A stretch of 64,000 bases of DNA from an uncultured Desulfospira sp. (GCA_963663165.1 OY760175.1:1952001-2016000); one strand, 5' to 3'. Counted from the first letter of the stretch, positions 49,740 to 59,302 are shown. Translations and numbers: made by a program. The notes: a model not told the origin generated them from the letters alone.

Positions 49740-51863
49740 TTATAATGCGATCCTCAAACCAGCGTAAAAATAGGCGCCCAGAGGAGAATCGAGCATGCTT
49801 TCCCTGTGGCCGCCCTCATAATCGGCCACATCCACGGGCGGTTCTTCATCAAATATGTTCCGTCCGCCCGCGAATACGCTAACAGACGGGGTCAGGGCAT
49901 AGGTGATCTGGGCATTGAAAAAATCAAAGTACTCGATTTTCAGAGCCGGAGATGTATCGCTTAAGTATTTGCCCCGATAGACATAGCGCAGGTTGGCGGT
50001 CAGCTTGTCCTTATACCGGTAGCTTAAGGTGGCGTGTATCTGGGACCGGGGGCGGTTGGTCAGGTCCTTGCCGTCCGGGTCTGTTGCCTCAAGATAATTG
50101 GCGGTTACATCCAGGTCAAACCCCCATGGAAGGGGCAGGCCTATACCGAGTTCCGCGCCTTTAAAAGTGGATGTCCCTTCCAGATTGATATAGGTGGTCT
50201 CGGTATTGGTATTGGATGTGCCTTCCGTGATGATTTCGGTTTCAATCATATTATCAATGTCGTTGCGGTACATATCAACCGTCAGTTGAAGACCGGCGGG
50301 ACCGAAAGGGGTCCAGACCGCCCCCACATTAAAATTGACCCCTTCCGAAGGCTCAAGGTCGGGATTTCCGTAGATATCGTTCCAGCCCATGGCACCAATG
50401 AAATTGTCATGAAGCTGATAAAGGGTCGGGGCCTGGAAAGAGCTTGAAGCAGAGGCCCGGAACGCCAGGTTCTCAGACCATTCGTACCGGGCGGAAATTT
50501 TGGGGGCCAGGTTGGTTCCGAAATCGGAATATTCCTCCACACGTCCGGACAAGGTCACGGTCAGCCGGGTGAAAAGTGTTATGCGGGTTTCACCAAACAG
50601 GGCGTATACATTCCGTTCCTCGACAAAGTCCCGGTATGGGGCATCCACATTTTCCCGGTTAAAGCCGGCCCCCAGGAAAAACGTTAACCAGGGCTTATAA
50701 TCCCAGTTCATATGGGCGTAAATATCCTGGGTATCGGACGTCAGATCGCCGTTATAATCCGGATCTTCGCTCTGGCGGTACTCGGTATCGGACAGGCCGA
50801 GTCCTAAGCCGGATTTAACCCGGAACGTATTAAACTCCCCTTCCCAGGTCAGCCCGCCGTAATAATCTTCCTTTTTGCTCTCACGGTCCTTGTTCAAATC
50901 ACCGGTTACCCCGACGCGCATCACTGAGTCTGTCAGGTTATACCGCAGTTCACCATCCAGGGTCTGGGTGGGGCTGATGTCATAAGATCCGTTGATGTTG
51001 GCCCCGGACTGTTCCACTTCCGGGGATGTCCAGCGCGGGTTGTCCGGGGTGCGGTCATAATGCTGGCTTTCCCGGCTGTTTGCACTGATATTGACAAATC
51101 CTTTTTCACCCACAGCAAACCCGGTGGAAACTTCACCTTTCTTTTCTTCACCATCCCCATGGATGGAACCGCCGGACTGAATGCTGGCGGTAAAAGGCCG
51201 GTTATACTTGCGCAATACAATATTAATTACACCGGCCACAGCGTCAGCTCCGTATTGGGCGGATGCACCGTCCCGGAGAACTTCGATACGCTCAATGTCG
51301 CTGATGTTGATGCCGCTGATATCAGTAAAGGCGAATCCGTCCTTATCCGGCCGGGTGCCGGGCTGGCGACGGCCGTTGATAAGGACCAGCACATGGTTGG
51401 CGTCCATACCCCGCATGCGAAGGGTCTGGACGCCGGGGGTGGCATTCATGTCCGGGCACTGGACCAGTTCAACCCCCTGAAGCACCTCTATGGCCTGGTT
51501 TAAGGAAACCGCACCGATCTCCTGTAAATCTTCGCTGGTGACAATCTGGACCGGCACGGCCATTTTTTCAGGGGTTTCAGTGCCGGTACGGGACCCGGTG
51601 ACCACAACGGTTTCCATCTGGTAAACCGAACTGCCTTTTTGCTGCAGGCCGGATACATCCTGTTGTACAATATCTGAAGCATTTTCTTCCGACAGGGCCG
51701 GTACCTGCCCATGCACCTTTATCGAAGACCATTCCTCTGCGGGGGCATCAGAAAATCTCAGGCATAAAAAAAGGATGGCTGCCATTGCCGAAAGCCTCGA
51801 TATGCCCCCCCCCGGGATGCACAAACAGCTGCCCTGCCTGCCCGTTTTTTCAAACCAATTCAA
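49740..51863 (-). CDS. TonB-dependent outer-membrane receptor
   Basis: TonB box ETVVVTG, IERIEVLRDGASAQYGADAVAGVINI, FQAP...H...NPDL, C-terminal beta-strand FYAGLRIAL. Confidence 0.93.
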   Translation of the reverse strand: MNWFEKTGRQGSCLCIPGGGISRLSAMAAILFLCLRFSDAPAEEWSSIKVHGQVPALSEENASDIVQQDVSGLQQKGSSVYQMETVVVTGSRTGTETPEKMAVPVQIVTSEDLQEIGAVSLNQAIEVLQGVELVQCPDMNATPGVQTLRMRGMDANHVLVLINGRRQPGTRPDKDGFAFTDISGINISDIERIEVLRDGASAQYGADAVAGVINIVLRKYNRPFTASIQSGGSIHGDGEEKKGEVSTGFAVGEKGFVNISANSRESQHYDRTPDNPRWTSPEVEQSGANINGSYDISPTQTLDGELRYNLTDSVMRVGVTGDLNKDRESKKEDYYGGLTWEGEFNTFRVKSGLGLGLSDTEYRQSEDPDYNGDLTSDTQDIYAHMNWDYKPWLTFFLGAGFNRENVDAPYRDFVEERNVYALFGETRITLFTRLTVTLSGRVEEYSDFGTNLAPKISARYEWSENLAFRASASSSFQAPTLYQLHDNFIGAMGWNDIYGNPDLEPSEGVNFNVGAVWTPFGPAGLQLTVDMYRNDIDNMIETEIITEGTSNTNTETTYINLEGTSTFKGAELGIGLPLPWGFDLDVTANYLEATDPDGKDLTNRPRSQIHATLSYRYKDKLTANLRYVYRGKYLSDTSPALKIEYFDFFNAQITYALTPSVSVFAGGRNIFDEEPPVDVADYEGGHRESMLDSPLGAYFYAGLRIAL

Positions 51864-52024
51864 CGGATCACTCCTGTTCGAACCGTATGGGCCTTCACGG
51901 TCATTGTTTTATTCCGGGTTTCAGTTAATTTTTTCGTCATTAAGCACAAAAACAAGACCCTTTCCTCCTCATCTCATTTGTTAACAGAAAAAATATTAGT
52001 TTTAACTACACTTATTAGTTTATA

Positions 52025-52068
52025 AAGTTCGTATGTTCGAACTTATTTTTTATTTACTTATTTGTCAA
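52025..52068 (-). promoter_or_regulatory. Putative DtxR/MntR operator overlapping the receptor promoter
   Basis: AAGTTCG-TATGTT-CGAACTT (52025-52044) with perfect arms; TTGACA at 52068-52063 and TAAGTT 17 bp downstream. Confidence 0.7.
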
Positions 52069-52378
52069 GAACAAATTTCACTAAAATTATGTTTTTTACC
52101 CCCTACCCCTCCCTCCACCCCATCCTGGCCACCACCCCCTTACACCGCCCTGTCAGCACAAAAATTTACCTTGCCTTTTGTCACCACATTATTAATACTC
52201 TGCTCACCCAAGGCGGACAGCACTGCTCAACCACCAGACAACCCCGCAGAATGATCCGGCCCTAAACCCGCCTGATGATTTAATCATCCGGTACCGGCCG
52301 CCAACAGGGGCGGCAATTTTCATCAGCCGACACTGGAATCACGCAAACAAACCGCCACATTGTGACCCGGGAGGAAAA

Positions 52379-52852
52379 ATGAAGAATCAATACCCGCCGT
52401 TAACCCCTACTCAGGAAGACTACCTGGCCGCTATTTTCAGACTGGCCCAAAAAACCGGCGAGGCCCGTTCTAATGCCATTGCGAACACGCTGGGGGTATC
52501 AAAATCCACTGTACCGGCAGCCCTCAAATCCCTGGCCGCCAGAGAACTGATCGTCTACGAGCCCTACAGCCCCATCCGCCTGACACCCAAAGGCTATGAA
52601 ACCGGCAAACGGATTGCCCACAGAAACTTTATCCTCAACGAATTTTTTGTAAAAGTCCTTCAACTGCCTGAACAGGAGGCCAGAAACACCGCCTGCCGGG
52701 TGGAGCATGCCGTCAGCGACGACACAGTCCTTGACCTGGGCCGTTTCATTTTCTTCCTGAAAGAATCCCGGGTTGATCTGACAAACTGGAAAGAAAAATA
52801 CAAGATCCCCAAAGACCATGCATTTGAACTCAACCCTTTTTCTGATCTTTAA
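52379..52852 (+). CDS. DtxR/MntR-family metal-dependent repressor (short form, no FeoA domain)
   Basis: EDYL..I, LGVSKSTV, I.LT.KG, HR...EFF...L, ACRVEH. Confidence 0.92.
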   Translation: MKNQYPPLTPTQEDYLAAIFRLAQKTGEARSNAIANTLGVSKSTVPAALKSLAARELIVYEPYSPIRLTPKGYETGKRIAHRNFILNEFFVKVLQLPEQEARNTACRVEHAVSDDTVLDLGRFIFFLKESRVDLTNWKEKYKIPKDHAFELNPFSDL

Positions 52853-52957
52853 ATTTCTGTTTTTTTATATTGAGCCCCAACACCCCGCAGGCACTCTCAC
52901 TGGTCTGAATCTCCTCGCCAAGGGGTGTTGTTTTTAACGCGATACGATTTTTTTAAG

Positions 52958-52977
52958 AAATTCGATAGCTCAAACTT
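52958..52977. promoter_or_regulatory. Third copy of the putative operator
   Basis: AAATTCGATAGCTCAAACTT; its last 13 nt are identical to the 34247 site. Confidence 0.6.
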
Positions 52978-53092
52978 ATTTGAAATAAAGGCTCGAAAAA
53001 AACGACAAAAAAAGCTATATAAAAATTTATATAATCGTAAAATTATTTTTATGCTAAACTAATTTTTTATATTTATATACCCTGACCCGACC

Positions 53093-54589
53093 ATGACCGC
53101 CGAGCATCAAACAAATCTGTTGCATAGAATAATTCAGGCCGGACTTGGCCTGTGCGTTGCCCAGGCCGTTGCCATGGCCCATCTGTTTACATCCAACCAC
53201 CATCTTTGCAATGTGGTAAAGGCTGTTGAGACGGCCGGTTACCCGGCCATTCCCCATGGGGCTCCGGCCGGCGCACTGACCGGTTTGAAACCAGCCGTTT
53301 ACGGGGGGCTGTTTTTTACCGTTACCCTGGGGGCCGTCCTGGTGGTCTTGTCCTTAGGGGTGCGGGATATTTTTCGCGGTCTGGGGGAAAAGGGGCGTAT
53401 GGGGCTGGCCCTGCTGCTTATGGTGATTTGGGCCGTTATCATGGCCAAGCTCAATGGAAACGGGTGGCGGCCTTATGAATCCTTGTACCTGACCCTTGTT
53501 CCCCTGGCCGTGTGGCTGATCCCGGGAACCAGTCCGGGCCATGGCGGTTCTTCCCCGGTGAGAAGGGTTAAGGGAATGGCCTGGGTCATTCCGCTGATCA
53601 TGGCGGCGGTCATTTTCTTAAGCGGTGCGGGCGCTGATTTTTTTTCCGGAATCCGGGATGTTGTGCTGCTGTCAAACCCTGTGGGACGGGTGGTTAACGA
53701 TTTTTATTACCGGTACACCCTTTATCCGGCACAGGCCTTCGCCCCGCTTTCGGGCAAAGACGTAAAGATCTGCAGGCTATCGGAGATATCCGACCCAGCC
53801 TTTCAGAGAAGGCTTGAAAAGAGCCTGGCCCAGTACGGATACTTTACGGCAGACGGCCCCCCGGATTTAACCATTACCGGGAAAGCCGGAAGGCTTTGCT
53901 TGAGCCGGCACGGGCGCCCTGCCCTGACGGTTCCGGCAGCCCGGTTTACGGCCAGACCCGGAGAGATTCTGAACACATTTTCCCATAAAACCGATGACTG
54001 CCGGTTTTTCAGGGCCGTTCTTAAAATCTGTGTACTGCTGGCGCTGCCGGCCTGGTATTATCTTTTTTTTGAACTTCTGGTTATACTGTCCCGACTTTCC
54101 GGCATATCTGAAGAAAAATCAGCCATGGCCGCAACCCTGGTCTGCGGTATGGGCTGCCTGGCGCTTTTCCTGCCTTATTGGTCCGGCATCAGCAAGGCCG
54201 CTAAACCAGCCGCCATTAATGAGACCTTCATTTCCGGCCACTGGACAGCACAAGTTTCAGCCTTAGACCTGATTGCCGGACAGAACCTTGAAATTAAACG
54301 ATATCCGGCTTACCCGGGGCTTATTAATTCTCCTTATATTGCCGTTCGCTACCATCTGGCCCGGGCACTGGGAAAAAGCAAAGATCCGTCCACCCGGGCC
54401 GCTTTGACGGCCCTGGCCCATGACCCCCACCCCAACGTGGTCTGCCAGGCCCTTTCCGGCCTGGGCCGGCGGAAAGGGCCGGATGCCCAAAAAACCATGG
54501 AAAAAATCCTGAAATTGTCTGATCACTGGTATGTTCAGCAATATGCCTGGAGAAATTTGAGGAGAACCGGATGGATACCGGAAAAATAG
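53093..54589 (+). CDS. Polytopic membrane protein with C-terminal HEAT repeats
   Basis: Multiple hydrophobic segments; VRYHLARALG, DPHPNVVCQALSGLG, WYVQQYA. Confidence 0.75.
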   Translation: MTAEHQTNLLHRIIQAGLGLCVAQAVAMAHLFTSNHHLCNVVKAVETAGYPAIPHGAPAGALTGLKPAVYGGLFFTVTLGAVLVVLSLGVRDIFRGLGEKGRMGLALLLMVIWAVIMAKLNGNGWRPYESLYLTLVPLAVWLIPGTSPGHGGSSPVRRVKGMAWVIPLIMAAVIFLSGAGADFFSGIRDVVLLSNPVGRVVNDFYYRYTLYPAQAFAPLSGKDVKICRLSEISDPAFQRRLEKSLAQYGYFTADGPPDLTITGKAGRLCLSRHGRPALTVPAARFTARPGEILNTFSHKTDDCRFFRAVLKICVLLALPAWYYLFFELLVILSRLSGISEEKSAMAATLVCGMGCLALFLPYWSGISKAAKPAAINETFISGHWTAQVSALDLIAGQNLEIKRYPAYPGLINSPYIAVRYHLARALGKSKDPSTRAALTALAHDPHPNVVCQALSGLGRRKGPDAQKTMEKILKLSDHWYVQQYAWRNLRRTGWIPEK

Positions 54590-55224
54590 ATGTCAAACCC
54601 CTTGGATGGGCTGTCTTGTTTGTGGTTGCCACAGAATGTGCCGGGCTGCTGATTTCCCGTTATGGTGCCCCTAAAATGCCGGTGCTGGCGGCACTGCGAA
54701 TGGTTCAAATCATTGGCCTGGCGAGATTGATTCTCCCCAAAGGCAAAGGCCTTGCCCCCATCGGGCTTGACCCGTCAGATTTGCAAAACGGTATCAAATC
54801 CGGGGTAAAATGGTCGGCCGGATTTGGCGGGGCTGCCATCCTGGTATTGGCGGGATTGATTGCATCTGAATCATCGTTTCTAAACCATTTGGGGACTATA
54901 CCCTATTCCCGGCCGGGTGAATTGGCGGGGTTCATGATATTGGCCTGTGTTATCGGGCCTGCAGCAGAAGAGATCTTTTTTCGGGGATATCTGTTTGGTT
55001 TTTTTAGAAAATGGGGGGTCTGGCCGGCCATGGGGCTTAGCACAATCCTGTTTGCCCTGGCACACCTGCCGGCCAGGGTGTCATTGGTTCAGATCATCGG
55101 TGGCCTGGCACTGGCGGCCATTTATGAAACATCCCAAAGCCTGTACGCACCGATCATGGTCCATATCCTGGGCAACACCGCCATTTACACCCTTATACTC
55201 TTCACCCCTCGATTATTTTCCTGA
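54571..55224 (+). CDS. CPBP (Abi/CAAX) intramembrane glutamic endopeptidase
   Basis: EEIFFRG, FALAH, HILGN. Confidence 0.9.
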   Translation: MDTGKIDVKPLGWAVLFVVATECAGLLISRYGAPKMPVLAALRMVQIIGLARLILPKGKGLAPIGLDPSDLQNGIKSGVKWSAGFGGAAILVLAGLIASESSFLNHLGTIPYSRPGELAGFMILACVIGPAAEEIFFRGYLFGFFRKWGVWPAMGLSTILFALAHLPARVSLVQIIGGLALAAIYETSQSLYAPIMVHILGNTAIYTLILFTPRLFS

Positions 55225-55254
55225 TCCAGGGCAATCGTTTGTAAAAGTAAATCA

Positions 55255-55344
55255 AATCTCCAAAAAAATGGACTTTGGACTTGGGATATGGGACTTGGGG
55301 ATTGCCGTATCCATGGCCTCCCCAAGTCCCAATTTTATACATTA
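55255..55344. repeat. Dispersed heptamer-built hairpin element, copy 2 (inverted)
   Basis: Reverse complement aligns with 24872-24982 including the spacer and both flanks (taatgtata; tttttggagatt). Confidence 0.75.
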
Positions 55345-55375
55345 ATCTGCCCGCTTTAATCCTTCATCCTTTCCC

Positions 55376-56596
55376 TCACCGGCAAAGAGAGAACCCCACC
55401 CTGACAATCTCTTCTTTTTTCCAGTATTCTTTAAGCCGTTCCGCATACCCGTTAAAATACTGGACATGCAGGTAAAGGTTGAGGCGACTTTTAAAAATCG
55501 ATGACAGGGGATAACTTAAATCCGCCTGAAAGCTAGGCCCTTTCCCGGCCCACCGGGTATGGGTATCCAGGACCAGTCCCATGGGAAAGCCCGCCTTGGC
55601 CTCCAGGTCAAAATACCCCCGGTAGTCGTAAAGGTCCGGGTTGGTATCATTATCGTTGCCCACATAAAACCAGAGCCGCGGGGCCAGGGACAGATAAATC
55701 TCGTCTGTCAGGCTGAACGCCATGATGGGTTTGATATAAATGGTATTGGTGGATCTGGATTCATCCCCGCCTTTGCCGTTTGATTCATGCTGGAACCCGC
55801 CCTGGACCCCAAAGGCCTTAATCCATGAGGTATGCAACTCTATTTTGGGAATCAGGTAAAACAATTCGGGTTTATAGCTGGTATCGTCAAAGGGTTTGGA
55901 ATCGGACTTCAAGTCCCAGTAAGAGGTCTGGGTGTACGCTATGTGAAACCCGTCCAGAAAGGTATTGGCTTTTTGGCTGCTAAAGGGCGCATTGAACAAT
56001 TTGTACTTAAAGCTGAACTGAAATTTGCTTTTTTCCATCCCGGGGTCAACGCCGAACAGAAAATACAAGGGCTCATAGGGGCTGAAATTATCCAGAAAAG
56101 GCTGGAATTCACTTCGTTTCTCGCCAAGGGCGATCTGGCCGGAATCCGGTTTATCCGGCTTGGGGGCCAGGGCATTGAACAGAACCGAGCCGGCATTATG
56201 GGTTTCCAGAGATAAGGTAACACTGCCCTGCATGGTGTCCGGCAGCAAAAACGCATATTCCTGTTTGGCATACCCGCTGGCCGGAAGGGTAAGGGCCTTG
56301 CCTTGGGGGACTGGTGCCGGGACAGCCTCAACAACCTGTTTTTCGGAATTGTTGGCCAGCACGACGTTTAAGGCGGCATAGGCGTGGGTGGTGACGGCGG
56401 ACGGTTCCGGGTTGTGGATAAACAGGGTAAACCGGGTCTGGGTGCCGGCGATGATTTCCCCCTGAGGCGGAACAATAAAAAGAGCAGATGCCTGAACCTG
56501 GGCCGGCAGGCCAACGGCCAAGGCGAACATGATTAAGGAATAAACCCCCAAAATACCGCATTGCCGTGCCCAAAACAGATGATGTCGCATGATCAC
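55376..56596 (-). CDS. pldA: Outer-membrane phospholipase A with N-terminal extension
   Basis: KFQFSFK, YTQ.S.W, PF.DT.Y.PE, catalytic HESNG, YF.GY.E.L. Confidence 0.88.
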   Translation of the reverse strand: MIMRHHLFWARQCGILGVYSLIMFALAVGLPAQVQASALFIVPPQGEIIAGTQTRFTLFIHNPEPSAVTTHAYAALNVVLANNSEKQVVEAVPAPVPQGKALTLPASGYAKQEYAFLLPDTMQGSVTLSLETHNAGSVLFNALAPKPDKPDSGQIALGEKRSEFQPFLDNFSPYEPLYFLFGVDPGMEKSKFQFSFKYKLFNAPFSSQKANTFLDGFHIAYTQTSYWDLKSDSKPFDDTSYKPELFYLIPKIELHTSWIKAFGVQGGFQHESNGKGGDESRSTNTIYIKPIMAFSLTDEIYLSLAPRLWFYVGNDNDTNPDLYDYRGYFDLEAKAGFPMGLVLDTHTRWAGKGPSFQADLSYPLSSIFKSRLNLYLHVQYFNGYAERLKEYWKKEEIVRVGFSLCR

Positions 56597-56669
56597 ATTT
56601 CCTGTCAGCGGCAGGATACCGCTTGTTTTATAAGTGTACCTTCCAACTTACAGCCTAACAACCTTCAGC

Positions 56670-58100
56670 CTATCCCTGCCACCGGGAGTTGATGTACTCA
56701 TGGGCTTCGCTCATACTCAAAGGAACCGATGAGGCCCCGGCTCGGATATAGAAAGCTTCCTTGCCCTGGTCCGTCACAAAAACCGGACGCTCCCCCGGTT
56801 TCACTAAAATCCGGCAGACATCTTTTCCATCCATGGGCTGAATCTGGATGACAATGAATTCGTGGCTGTGGCGGCCCAGATTTTTGGAAACCAAATCCGA
56901 CAGCTTGAGCATAAACCCGTCCCGGTTGGGCTTTTTTTGAAAGGTCTGGTAATCGGCTTCAATTCCTAGCGGCTCTCCATCATCACTGATGCCGATAAAC
57001 AGGGTGCCGCCCCGGGCATTCATGAAGGCGGACAGGGTTTTCACAATCACGGCTTCCAGGTTCTTATCCGTTTTTTCAGTTTTGAGATTCCACCTTAAAG
57101 AAGATTTAAATTCAACCCAGTCATTTTCACCCTTGGCGATAATCTGTGCCCAGTCATTGGAATCAGCCAGATGACCGCTCAACTTCAGTTTCCTTAACCT
57201 GGACTTGAGCCGGAGCACATAAAACCCAAACCCGATGCACCCGGCCAGCAGGATGACAACGCCCCCCAGGGCCCATCCCCTGTGCCGGGCGAAAAAAGGC
57301 TTAGGAACAATCCCCCACTCGGTGTAAAGGGCGTCCACATCTTTTTGAGGCACGTTGTCAAGGCCCTGATTGATCATGGTCAGCAACGGGGTGTTTCCCT
57401 TGCGGACACCGGCCCGCAGTTTTTCTTTATATAGGGTTTTCAGACTCTTAAACTTATCAAAAGAATCGTGTTCCGCCATCAGGAACAGCGCATTGGGAAA
57501 ATCCAGGGCAAAAGCGTTGAGCTTTCCTGCCACGGCCATGTCTGTTACTTCCCTGGGGCTTTTAAACGCCTTTACGGTCACGTTGGGATACCGGTCCTTA
57601 AAAAAAGAAGCGGCAAACCCGTCCTTGACCACACCCACCGGGAGTTTGGCGGAAAATTCCTCAATGGAGCCAACCGGTGAATCATCCCGGACATAAAGGT
57701 TGGTATGAACCTCCATGAACGGGTTGGAAAAATCCAGAAAAGCTGACCGCTCCTCAGATTTAAAAAGCCCGATCATCACATCGGCCTGGCCGGATTTTAC
57801 CCGTTCAAGCCCCTGGCTTAAAAACCCTGGCAAAAAGGTGATGGTGACCTGGTTGCGCTGTCCCCACAGCGTCCAGAAATCAATGAGCAGCCCTTCGGGT
57901 TTGCCCTCGTCACTCACATATGAATAGGGTCTGTAATCCTGGTAGCAGGCAATGGTCAGGGACTCAGCCATGGCCTGGGAGCCGGGCCCGCCTGCCATAA
58001 TCAGGACCGCAAGGACAGCCCCGCACATGGCTGCCATCAATGAACGGCAAAAGGGAAAACAGCTGCCGGCATATCGTTTTGTAGTAGTCAATTTCAACAC
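56670..58100 (-). CDS. Family-3 periplasmic binding domain + TM + Schlafen/AlbA_2 domain fusion
   Basis: DYRPYSY...G.PEG..ID, ER...LDFS.P; TM ALGGVVILLAGCIGFGFYVL; GE...VEFKSS, AFMN..GGTLFIG..DDG, YIR.G.S. Confidence 0.85.
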   Translation of the reverse strand: MLKLTTTKRYAGSCFPFCRSLMAAMCGAVLAVLIMAGGPGSQAMAESLTIACYQDYRPYSYVSDEGKPEGLLIDFWTLWGQRNQVTITFLPGFLSQGLERVKSGQADVMIGLFKSEERSAFLDFSNPFMEVHTNLYVRDDSPVGSIEEFSAKLPVGVVKDGFAASFFKDRYPNVTVKAFKSPREVTDMAVAGKLNAFALDFPNALFLMAEHDSFDKFKSLKTLYKEKLRAGVRKGNTPLLTMINQGLDNVPQKDVDALYTEWGIVPKPFFARHRGWALGGVVILLAGCIGFGFYVLRLKSRLRKLKLSGHLADSNDWAQIIAKGENDWVEFKSSLRWNLKTEKTDKNLEAVIVKTLSAFMNARGGTLFIGISDDGEPLGIEADYQTFQKKPNRDGFMLKLSDLVSKNLGRHSHEFIVIQIQPMDGKDVCRILVKPGERPVFVTDQGKEAFYIRAGASSVPLSMSEAHEYINSRWQG

Positions 58101-58359
58101 CTGTCTTTTAAAGGAAGGGCTTTAGCATGAGTCGTTGCTGACCGGATCTTATTTAACCTGCCACTTCATAAGTGAAATTATGGCTGAAGTCAAGATTTAC
58201 CGGAACGGGAGACCGGATACCGGATCGCTCATCCTTAGGGGTTTCGCATCCGGTCCTCAGGTCTCCCTTCTTCCGGGCTCCCTTTTTCTTTAAATCCGTG
58301 CTATATGAATTCTGCAGATGGCTTCCCCCGCACACCTCGAACATATGGAGACATAGATC

Positions 58360-58947
58360 ATGGCACAACATTCGGCCAACCATCCAAAAGGTGCCGGTAA
58401 AAGCAGCTTTGAATTAATCAACCCGGATCGGTTAAGGGATTGCCTGCCCGTAAAACAAGGATCAGTTATCCTGGACCTTGCCTGCGGAAAAGGGGGTTAT
58501 ACTTTTTTCCTGTCGGGCATTGCCGGGGATACCGGCCTGGTTTACGCCCTTGACCAGTGGGAACAGGGCATTCAGAGCATCGAAGAAAAAATTGAGCAGG
58601 ACCATATCACCAATATCTACCCCCTGTTGCAGGATGCCGCCAAAGAAATAGAGATTGATGACTACAGTATTGATCTGGTTCTAATGGCAACGGTGCTTCA
58701 CGATTTTAAAGAGATGAACACATCGGATCCGGTCTTAAAACAGGTAAAGAACCTGTTAAAACCCAGGGGGCACCTGGCTGTCATTGAATTTAAAAAAATT
58801 CAGGGCCCTCCCGGACCGCCCATAGACATCCGACTCTCCCCGGAGGAGACCCAAAACATGGTTTCCGCACACGGGTTCAGGCAGATCAAGAGCATTGATA
58901 TCGGAGAATACAACTATCTGGCACTCTTTAAGGAGGAAGACCGGTAA
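58360..58947 (+). CDS. Class I SAM-dependent methyltransferase
   Basis: ILDLACGKG, VYALD, LLKPRG, GPP...R. Confidence 0.88.
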   Translation: MAQHSANHPKGAGKSSFELINPDRLRDCLPVKQGSVILDLACGKGGYTFFLSGIAGDTGLVYALDQWEQGIQSIEEKIEQDHITNIYPLLQDAAKEIEIDDYSIDLVLMATVLHDFKEMNTSDPVLKQVKNLLKPRGHLAVIEFKKIQGPPGPPIDIRLSPEETQNMVSAHGFRQIKSIDIGEYNYLALFKEEDR

Positions 58948-59024
58948 TAGGCTGAAGACTGAAGGGGATTAGAACTGTGCATCCCTTCAGCCTAAGCACC
59001 TTCAGTCTAAATCCCTACAAAATC

Positions 59025-59058
59025 AAAAAGGCCGATTCCTTAAATTAAAGAATCGGCC
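59025..59058 (-). terminator. Intrinsic terminator after tRNA-Asn
   Basis: ggccgattc...gaatcggcc stem with a U-run on the minus strand. Confidence 0.7.
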
Positions 59059-59072
59059 CTTGATGTTTAAAT

Positions 59073-59148
59073 TGGCTCCCCAGCACGGACTTGAACCGCG
59101 GACTTAGTGGTTAACAGCCACTCGCTCTGCCAACTGAGCTACTGGGGA
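59073..59148 (-). tRNA. tRNA-Asn (GTT)
   Basis: tccccagtagctcagttggcagagc...ctGTTaa...ggttcaagtcc...ctggggagcca; 76 nt with encoded CCA. Confidence 0.97.
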
Positions 59149-59302
59149 GCAGGCTTGACTTGGTATCCCTGAATCAAGACCTGGAGTTTATATATCAGGG
59201 TCCTTTTTTTGTCAATAGAAAAACAATAAAAAAATTGACATCATTTATATATATGGTTATTCTCAACCCATAAGTATTCAACATACCAGGGAGGGAGTTT
59301 CA

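Noticed and set aside
59073..59148. tRNA-Asn as an integration site for an island
   Set aside because: No integrase and no duplicated tRNA 3' end were seen in the window.
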